This document shows, piece by piece, positions 62,243 through 64,000 of a stretch of DNA of 64,000 bases. Within the stretch, counting starts at the first letter, position 1. Each line of letters opens with the position of its first letter. The DNA is taken from the NCBI RefSeq assembly GCF_001194135.2, contig NC_068982.1, positions 9,609,540 to 9,673,539 of the forward strand, read 5' to 3'. Source of the stretch: Octopus bimaculoides (taxonomy: Eukaryota). The position numbers and the translations under genes were made by a program. The notes under the pieces were generated by a model that did not search any database, was not told where the DNA came from, and saw nothing but the letters and a program-made list of their open reading frames with translations.

Positions 62243-63239
62243 NNNNNNNNNNNNNNNNNNNNNNNNNNNNNNNNNNNNNNNNNNNNNNNNNNNNNNNNNN
62301 NNNNNNNNNNNNNNNNNNNNNNNNNNNNNNNNNNNNNNNNNNNNNNNNNNNNNNNNNNNNNNNNNNNNNNNNNNNNNNNNNNNNNNNNNNNNNNNNNNNN
62401 NNNNNNNNNNNNNNNNNNNNNNNNNNNNNNNNNNNNNNNNNNNNNNNNNNNNNNNNNNNNNNNNNNNNNNNNNNNNNNNNNNNNNNNNNNNNNNNNNNNN
62501 NNNNNNNNNNNNNNNNNNNNNNNNNNNNNNNNNNNNNNNNNNNNNNNNNNNNNNNNNNNNNNNNNNNNNNNNNNNNNNNNNNNNNNNNNNNNNNNNNNNN
62601 NNNNNNNNNNNNNNNNNNNNNNNNNNNNNNNNNNNNNNNNNNNNNNNNNNNNNNNNNNNNNNNNNNNNNNNNNNNNNNNNNNNNNNNNNNNNNNNNNNNN
62701 NNNNNNNNNNNNNNNNNNNNNNNNNNNNNNNNNNNNNNNNNNNNNNNNNNNNNNNNNNNNNNNNNNNNNNNNNNNNNNNNNNNNNNNNNNNNNNNNNNNN
62801 NNNNNNNNNNNNNNNNNNNNNNNNNNNNNNNNNNNNNNNNNNNNNNNNNNNNNNNNNNNNNNNNNNNNNNNNNNNNNNNNNNNNNNNNNNNNNNNNNNNN
62901 NNNNNNNNNNNNNNNNNNNNNNNNNNNNNNNNNNNNNNNNNNNNNNNNNNNNNNNNNNNNNNNNNNNNNNNNNNNNNNNNNNNNNNNNNNNNNNNNNNNN
63001 NNNNNNNNNNNNNNNNNNNNNNNNNNNNNNNNNNNNNNNNNNNNNNNNNNNNNNNNNNNNNNNNNNNNNNNNNNNNNNNNNNNNNNNNNNNNNNNNNNNN
63101 NNNNNNNNNNNNNNNNNNNNNNNNNNNNNNNNNNNNNNNNNNNNNNNNNNNNNNNNNNNNNNNNNNTGTGTGTGTGTGTGTATCTATATATATAAATCTA
63201 TCTAAGACTTGGCCCCCGTGCTATCCGCCCACTACAAAA

Positions 63240-63530
63240 ATTGAACTCGGTACACATAGCAACATTACGTTACAATTGCTTTACCCGTCCAGCTCTCTTT
63301 AATACCATACCAAAATACGTCAAAACGGAAACGGGTCCCATAAAAGTCAAAAGTTTTCTGGACAAATCTCTTCAAAAAATCCTGGACCAACCTCCTACAC
63401 CCAGATATGTCTCCAACAATAATAACTTTTTGCGAGAGTGGGTCATAGTGCCCCATATATGACTAAAAGACTTCACTGGGTGGTGCTATTCAGTTAGACA
63501 TGGCCTGGGCCAAAACTGGCTGAAACCTAT
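63240..63530 (+). mobile_element. CR1-like LINE 3' end
   Basis: TLRYNCFTRPALFNTIPKYVK...FLDKSLQKILDQPPTPRY...W. Confidence 0.7.
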
Positions 63531-64000
63531 CAAAGTTATAAAAGTTATTTGTATATATACAAAGTTATGTATGTATATACTAGCCTGTATGGTCTGGCTA
63601 AGTCAAAATGGTTTTTTTCATTCTTCCTTTCCACTTGGAGAGTTTAAAATTAGTTACAACAATATTTTCTTCTGTTGAAATGAAATTTCAGTATACTCCT
63701 ATATCTTTGTGCAGCTGAGGATTGCTCTGCATTTTACATTTAATGTAATGTTCACATTACTTAAATAAATGGAGTCGCTTGAAACGATCGTACTGCATTA
63801 AGTTTGAATATCCTTGTTGCATATTTTGATTACATATGTGTGTGTGTGTGTGTTTGTGTGTGTATGCAGACATCCGATATGCTAGAAAATGGTCATCAAC
63901 GACCCAACCACAAAGAAAAATAATGTTCCCCAGAAATAAATCCAGCAAACACCAGAACATAGGCGGGCAAGACAAATGAAAAATATACAAAATTCTTTAT

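Overview
AT-rich, microsatellite-dense eukaryotic DNA with many assembly gaps, nearly all beside simple repeats. The repeat families point to an octopus/coleoid cephalopod genome (inference). No intact protein-coding gene is recognisable; long ORFs in the track are N-runs, microsatellites or transposon fossils. The window is a transposon palimpsest: (1) four or five tRNA-headed SINE families, many copies with TSDs; (2) a near-complete mariner with TIRs, two mariner remnants and a Tc1 remnant with DD36E spacing; (3) a cluster of RLE-type LINE 3' ends and two CR1/L2-like ends; (4) MITE-like and fold-back elements; (5) very degenerate Helitron Rep-helicase fossils that seem to make up much of the apparently unique background. 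The most interesting signal is a set of minimal type I hammerhead-ribozyme motifs with palindromic helix III. Most lie in a Penelope-like module, often joined to a tRNA-like head via (AAT)n and often arranged as inverted pairs; one lies in a second repeat family at 12.4 kb. All protein and family assignments were made by eye and need HMM/BLAST confirmation.
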